NCBI GenBank assembly: GCA_019233975.1
Contig: JAFALY010000038.1
Span: 21,638-85,637 of the forward strand
Length of the DNA: 64,000 bases
Reading direction: 5' to 3'
From: Alphaproteobacteria bacterium
Lineage (GTDB): Bacteria; Pseudomonadota; Alphaproteobacteria; UBA9219
Part shown: one piece after another, positions 59,488 through 64,000 of the stretch
How the letters are laid out: each line of letters begins with the position of its first letter
Numbering within the stretch: position 1 is the stretch's first letter
Position numbers and translations under genes: made by a program
Notes under the pieces: model-generated
Told to the model about the DNA's origin: nothing
Seen by the model: only the letters and a program-made list of their open reading frames with translations
Databases searched by the model: none

Positions 59488-60096
59488 TTATTGGCCCTGA
59501 AACGCTTTTTCTACGGTCATCATACGGCGCACATAACGGGCGACCATATCAACCTCCAAATTAACTTTATCCCCCACCCGCAAGGCATTAAGCGTTGTAT
59601 GGGTTAGGGTATGCGGGATAAGACACACACCGAAACGCAACCCATCGACTTCGTTGACCGTCAGGGAAACCCCTTCAAGCGCCACGGACCCCTTGGAAGC
59701 GATAAAGGAGGCAAACCGGTCCGGCACCTCGAAAACAAAGCGCTGGCTGTCGCCGTCCGCTTTACGTGACACAACCGTCGCCAGCCCGTCCACATGCCCT
59801 GAGACGTAGTGACCACCCAGCTCATCCCCCGCCCGCAGGGCAGGTTCCAGATTAATGCGTGCGCCCACTTGCCAGAACTGCGCCGTCGTCAGGCCCACAG
59901 TCTCGGCGGACATCTGCACCGTAAAGCTATCCACTGTTTTACGGATGACGGTCAGGCAGACGCCGTTACAGGCAATCGAGGCGCCAATAGGCGTCGCGGC
60001 CAGCGAAAAACCGTTTACACGGACGGTCATCACCCAGTCGCCTTGCTTGTCGAGCGAGGTAACCTCGCCCACATCCTGAATAATACCGGTGAACAT
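59488..60096 (-). CDS. ribE: Riboflavin synthase
   Basis: MFTGII, SIACNGVCLTV, GGHYVSGHVDG. Confidence 0.95.
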   Translation of the reverse strand: MFTGIIQDVGEVTSLDKQGDWVMTVRVNGFSLAATPIGASIACNGVCLTVIRKTVDSFTVQMSAETVGLTTAQFWQVGARINLEPALRAGDELGGHYVSGHVDGLATVVSRKADGDSQRFVFEVPDRFASFIASKGSVALEGVSLTVNEVDGLRFGVCLIPHTLTHTTLNALRVGDKVNLEVDMVARYVRRMMTVEKAFQGQ

Positions 60097-60105
60097 AAAG
60101 GCGCC

Positions 60106-60564
60106 CTAGTTTGTTTCTTTTTTCAGGGTGTCGACGAATTCTTCAAAATCGCCCGGCGACCGGAAGTCGCGATAAACCGAAGCATAGCGCACATACGCCA
60201 CATGGTCTGCGGCGCGCAGCGCCTGCATGACATGTTCGCCGATGATGCTGGTGGTAATTTCGTTTTCGCCCAAGGCTTCCAACTGACGTACGATGCTGCT
60301 GACCATCTGCTCCAGCCTTTCATCGTCGACGGGCCGCTTATTTAACGCGATCTTCATCGAACGTACCAGCTTTTCCCGCTCGAACGGTTCACGCAGGCCG
60401 TTGGTTTTGGCAACCACCAGTTCGCGCAACTGCGCACGCTCGAAGGTTGTGAAGCGCGCGCCGCAATGCCCGCACACCCTGCGGCGGCGAATGGCGGCGT
60501 TATCTTCGGCCGGGCGGCTGTCTTTGACCTGTGTATCTTCATGTCCGCAAAAGGGGCAGCGCAT
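60106..60564 (-). CDS. nrdR: Transcriptional repressor NrdR
   Basis: [15 protein letters not shown] zinc ribbon, ATP cone, [10 protein letters not shown]. Confidence 0.97.
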   Translation of the reverse strand: MRCPFCGHEDTQVKDSRPAEDNAAIRRRRVCGHCGARFTTFERAQLRELVVAKTNGLREPFEREKLVRSMKIALNKRPVDDERLEQMVSSIVRQLEALGENEITTSIIGEHVMQALRAADHVAYVRYASVYRDFRSPGDFEEFVDTLKKETN

Positions 60565-60614
60565 GTCACAATCTCCTCAACACACCACTTTCTATAGCAC
60601 CAAGCGGTAGCTTC

Positions 60615-60630
60615 CTACAATATATAGTGT
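60615..60630 (-). promoter_or_regulatory. Near-consensus NrdR box upstream of nrdR
   Basis: Minus strand ACACTATATATTGTAG versus consensus acaCwAtATaTwGtgt. Confidence 0.7.
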
Positions 60631-60710
60631 CTACAACGGGTTGATAGCGCAAATCAGGGCTACACAAGCCGCTGCGCCTATGTTACAAGCTTGGCCCTGC
60701 TTTGGCCGTT

Positions 60711-60784
60711 TGGGGGATCGTCTAACGGTAGGACAACAGATTCTGACTCTGTTTATCGTGGTTCGAGTCCACGTCCCCCAGCCA
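60711..60784 (+). tRNA. tRNA-Gln (anticodon CTG)
   Basis: TGGGGGA/TCCCCCA acceptor stem, ACAGA-TTCTGAC-TCTGT anticodon arm, GGTTCGAGTCC T arm, encoded CCA. Confidence 0.96.
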
Positions 60785-61042
60785 AACAGTTTACCTGCCA
60801 GAGAACAGTCCGGCTTCACCCCCTATTTCGCCCGCATTTTTGCGTGTTTTCAAGAGATGCCCGTTCTCTGGTTACCCATCTGGGGCCCCATAATGACCAC
60901 GTATTGCCACAAATTCTCCGGCCCTAATTTTCCAGTCCGGAGCGGTGAACGATCATTTGAGGCAATGGCCTTGCGTGTTGTCGTTGTTATCGATGGAACA
61001 CTTGTTCTTACTTTGAAAAGCCCGCTCTGTTTCTGGATCTAA

Positions 61043-62524
61043 TCATTCACTCTCTCCTGTGTTGTTGAGCGACAAGCTTGGAATCTTGCCCCTTTCACGA
61101 TGTCTATAAAGGGAACACATTTCCTCTAGAATTTTGGTCAAAATTGAATGCGATCTGCCTATGTTCACCTGAGAATACCATTCCACTGCATAGGCAAACA
61201 ACGCGGAATGCATCGCGTCTGGTAAACCTTGCCAAGGAGTACCCAGCGGGACAGGGAGGTTCGGCAACATTAGTCGCGAAGCACCGGCTGCAGTTGCTTC
61301 ACAAGTAGTGTATAGGGATCGCCCCGTCAGGGTTGCAAGTGCGTCACAGAATAGTGCGTTTTTGGAGAATGGGCCATCAATGACCGTCTCGCCAGATGCA
61401 TCGAGAAGACCGAGGCAAACGTTTGACATGAGTGCTAGATAAAGGCTAGCGGCAACACATTTTTCGCGTGGTGTCAATGTTTCCGGCAACACATTCCAAG
61501 ATCCCAACATGCTTGGAAAGGGACCACTCCCTGGCGCGAAACTAGGAAACACCATCAAGCGCCGATCCATCACTGCCAAGATTTCATCCGGTGAGGCCGT
61601 GATCATTGTTCCATTCGTAAGGACGTCAAACTCGCGCCCACCCATAAAACGAGATGAGGGAATTGGTAGCCCAAAAACATTAACGTTGGCGAATGTGCCG
61701 AGCTCTTCGTCTAGGTTGACGAGCGAACCACCAATGGAGAACAAAATCGCCCAAGTGCCACTCGAAACGATGCTTTTCGGCAATTGAGATGAGAGGTAAG
61801 GCAACAAAGATGCATTAGAATCATGAATGCCGCAAAAAATCGATGGTGGCACCTTTAATCCTAGATACCGTGCAAGATCGGGATACATTAGGCCGAGTAC
61901 ATCGTCTGCCTTTCGGATCGGTGCCATAAGATGGCTCCAACCAGCCCGAGCTACAAGCCCTGAAAATCTTCGATGCGCTGGCATCCACAAATCAGTGTGA
62001 CAGCCTAAAGAAGTGAATTCCGTTGCGACCGTCCCACAAAGTTTAAATGCCCAGTATTGCGGATATGTCACAAAAGTGCTTGCCGTATTAAATTGCTCCG
62101 GAAATCGACATTGTTGCCAGAATAGCTGCGCACCCAAATTTTGCCCTTCAGGAAGTCGAGGCGACATGGTTTCGTAGAAGGGTGGACGCAGTTTTGCGTA
62201 AGCCTCAGCAGTTTCATTAATGCCATCAAATTCGTAATCGAGCACCGGCAGTGCCAGAGCTTCACCCGCCAGCAAGGCACCAGAATTGCTATGAGTGGTG
62301 ACGGCAATACCGTCGACGAAACCGTTTCTCGATCGCCCCACATCTGCCAGACCATCAAGTAGAAATTTTTCTATTGCTTCAACATCAGCATGAGGGTAAG
62401 CGCCGTCCAAGCGCGTTGCATTAGGGCATGATCGACTCCACACCTCTGCGCCGTCCATTGCATCAAAAGCGACTAGCTTGATATTGGTCTTACCAATATC
62501 GAGAACAACAACTGTGCCGCTCAT
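61043..62524 (-). CDS. FGGY-family carbohydrate kinase (rhamnulokinase-like)
   Basis: VLDIGKTNIK, TSLGCHTDLW, GIHDSNASL, SSGTW, RFMGGREF; start at 62524 or 62590. Confidence 0.88.
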   Translation of the reverse strand: MSGTVVVLDIGKTNIKLVAFDAMDGAEVWSRSCPNATRLDGAYPHADVEAIEKFLLDGLADVGRSRNGFVDGIAVTTHSNSGALLAGEALALPVLDYEFDGINETAEAYAKLRPPFYETMSPRLPEGQNLGAQLFWQQCRFPEQFNTASTFVTYPQYWAFKLCGTVATEFTSLGCHTDLWMPAHRRFSGLVARAGWSHLMAPIRKADDVLGLMYPDLARYLGLKVPPSIFCGIHDSNASLLPYLSSQLPKSIVSSGTWAILFSIGGSLVNLDEELGTFANVNVFGLPIPSSRFMGGREFDVLTNGTMITASPDEILAVMDRRLMVFPSFAPGSGPFPSMLGSWNVLPETLTPREKCVAASLYLALMSNVCLGLLDASGETVIDGPFSKNALFCDALATLTGRSLYTTCEATAAGASRLMLPNLPVPLGTPWQGLPDAMHSALFAYAVEWYSQVNIGRSHSILTKILEEMCSLYRHRERGKIPSLSLNNTGESE

Positions 62525-62742
62525 GGTATCTGAAAAACTTGGCAAATCACCTACGTCATCTCCTTTGGCTGGCAGACCATATGTTTCCATCGAACAAAAT
62601 CAGAACCAAATTTTGGCATAGAATGACCGGATTAGTAATTCTCGATGAGAATTTTTTGGATGCGTCCGCGTACTAAAACACGTATGTCGTAAAAATATCT
62701 ACGCAACACCGCCCTGTATGTTTTTTGGTAATATTCGTACTT

Positions 62743-63471
62743 TTATTTGCCCTTGTAAAATTCAGGAAATGGGCCAAAGGTATTAAGCATAGACGAGAGA
62801 TGAATCTCGCGCACTTCGACATTCAAAGGCATCGCAAATAAAGTCTCAACAACACTTGATACTTCATCTATTGTCAGGCTGCCTGGTCTGTCACCAGGTT
62901 TCTTTCCACGAAAAAATGTATCAACGCCACCCATCACCAGATTTGTAATTCTGATGCCGTTGGCCCTCTTTTCCCGTCTTACAGTTTCAATTAGTCCGCT
63001 CAACCCCCATTTTGAAGCGCAATAACCACTCTGGTTCTCAAACGCAAAAATAGCAGACTGGGAGCCCATACCGATAATCTGACTGAATGGACATTTTTCC
63101 AATAATGGTAGAGCCACCTTCAAAGTAAAAAATGCTCCATCCAGATTGGTTGCTATCGTGGTTCGCCAATCATCATCAGAGAAATTCAGAATATTGCCGA
63201 ACGTAGCGGCACCGGCATTAAGAATACAGCCACGTAAGCTCTCAATTCCATCAAGTGTGGCTGTTCCGGCAGTAGTAACTGAATTTGAATTAGATACATC
63301 AACTGTAGCTACTCTGATTTGAGCTCCCAGGGAACGATAGTCATCCGCAAGCTCATTCAAATCCGATTCCGTTCTGGACCATAAAATCAGACCAAATCCT
63401 TTGCGTGCTAATTTTCTAGCAATACCAGATCCGATGCCACGGCTCGCGCCGGTGATGAGAACCCATTCCAT
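62743..63471 (-). CDS. Short-chain dehydrogenase/reductase
   Basis: TGASRGIG, NAG, YCASK. Confidence 0.92.
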   Translation of the reverse strand: MEWVLITGASRGIGSGIARKLARKGFGLILWSRTESDLNELADDYRSLGAQIRVATVDVSNSNSVTTAGTATLDGIESLRGCILNAGAATFGNILNFSDDDWRTTIATNLDGAFFTLKVALPLLEKCPFSQIIGMGSQSAIFAFENQSGYCASKWGLSGLIETVRREKRANGIRITNLVMGGVDTFFRGKKPGDRPGSLTIDEVSSVVETLFAMPLNVEVREIHLSSMLNTFGPFPEFYKGK

Positions 63472-63617
63472 CGATGCTTATCCCTCAATGATTGCAGATT
63501 TTGTATTCAAGGTACGATGTTTTGTGTGCATACACGTCCATAGGTTAACGTTGTCTGCACTGCAAAAAATTGCCTGGACTTGAGGGCAATTTCGTGCCGA
63601 ACATCGCTCCACTGTAA

Positions 63618-64000
63618 TCACAAGATCTCCTCTGCACAATGCAAGCTTGTCTGTGGCCAGAGTTCCATCTTAGCAGCGACAGGGGCCACAAGATCAGGAG
63701 CAATATCCCTAAGAAGATGGAAAGCTATTTCTACGCCCTTTAAGCCATCCCCAGGAGCAAACCCCCCGGAGGAAACCAGCCACTTGTCACGGATCACTCC
63801 CGCCCCAAGTCTGCAGCCTGATGCTGCGAGGAGGTGCGCTTTCTGACCGTGGCATGCGACAAGGAGGCCATCTAGCAGATGAAGATCTCTCAAAATAAGC
63901 ACGCCAGAGCATACGGTATAGAATGGGACACTGGCGTTTTTGGCGCTTAACAAAAAGTTTGAAAGGTTGGTATCTTGTACCGCAGCTGACGCACCTCTAC
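63618..64000 (-). CDS. DJ-1/PfpI-family protein, 3' part (5' end outside the window)
   Basis: Frame stays open to the window edge; TVCSG nucleophile elbow, LLDG..VACH, VIRDKWLVSSGG. Confidence 0.65.
   Translation of the reverse strand, partial: RGASAAVQDTNLSNFLLSAKNASVPFYTVCSGVLILRDLHLLDGLLVACHGQKAHLLAASGCRLGAGVIRDKWLVSSGGFAPGDGLKGVEIAFHLLRDIAPDLVAPVAAKMELWPQTSLHCAEEIL

Larger units (their letters stand above)
60785..64000. mobile_element. Left edge of a putative genomic island at tRNA-Gln
   Basis: Visible drop in GC and change in codon usage after the tRNA; accessory genes; no integrase seen in the window. Confidence 0.55.

Noticed and set aside
60785-61042. Integrase remnant after the tRNA
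   Set aside because: No tyrosine- or serine-recombinase motifs in the listed ORFs, which overlap the tRNA and look spurious.

Overview
A GC-rich alphaproteobacterial core-genome window, judged from gene content and order. It holds hpf-ptsN, nagB, mdh/sucCD, atpGDC, the pdhABC-lpdA-lipA-guaA run, ftsB-eno, ribD-ribA, secG-pyrG, degP, prfB (programmed +1 frameshift), PBP1A, rne, accBC-aat, mlaD, rplU-rpmA-obg and nrdR-ribE-ribH-nusB. A tRNA-Gln is followed by a visibly AT-richer island (FGGY kinase, SDR, partial DJ-1/PfpI gene). No CRISPR array, rRNA or intact transposase/integrase was seen. Most notable observations: (1) an uninterrupted ~694-aa class II ribonucleotide reductase (NrdJ) homologue lacking the recognisable catalytic motifs but still preceded by tandem NrdR-like boxes and a perfect DnaA box, a candidate pseudoenzyme; (2) a lipoyl-domain paralogue inside the PDH operon with the lipoyl-Lys replaced by Ser, plus a coupled GNAT and small membrane gene in the same operon; (3) a CADD-type self-sacrificing pABA synthase homologue between mdh and sucC; (4) a translationally coupled sapC-yejA-STT3-like GT-C operon; (5) a near-perfect NrdR box upstream of nrdR itself; (6) many broken canonical gene clusters (atpA/H, aroQ, kdsA, amiC, proB, sucAB, livKGF and yejBEF missing from their usual slots). 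All assignments come from motif recognition by eye; no searches were run.
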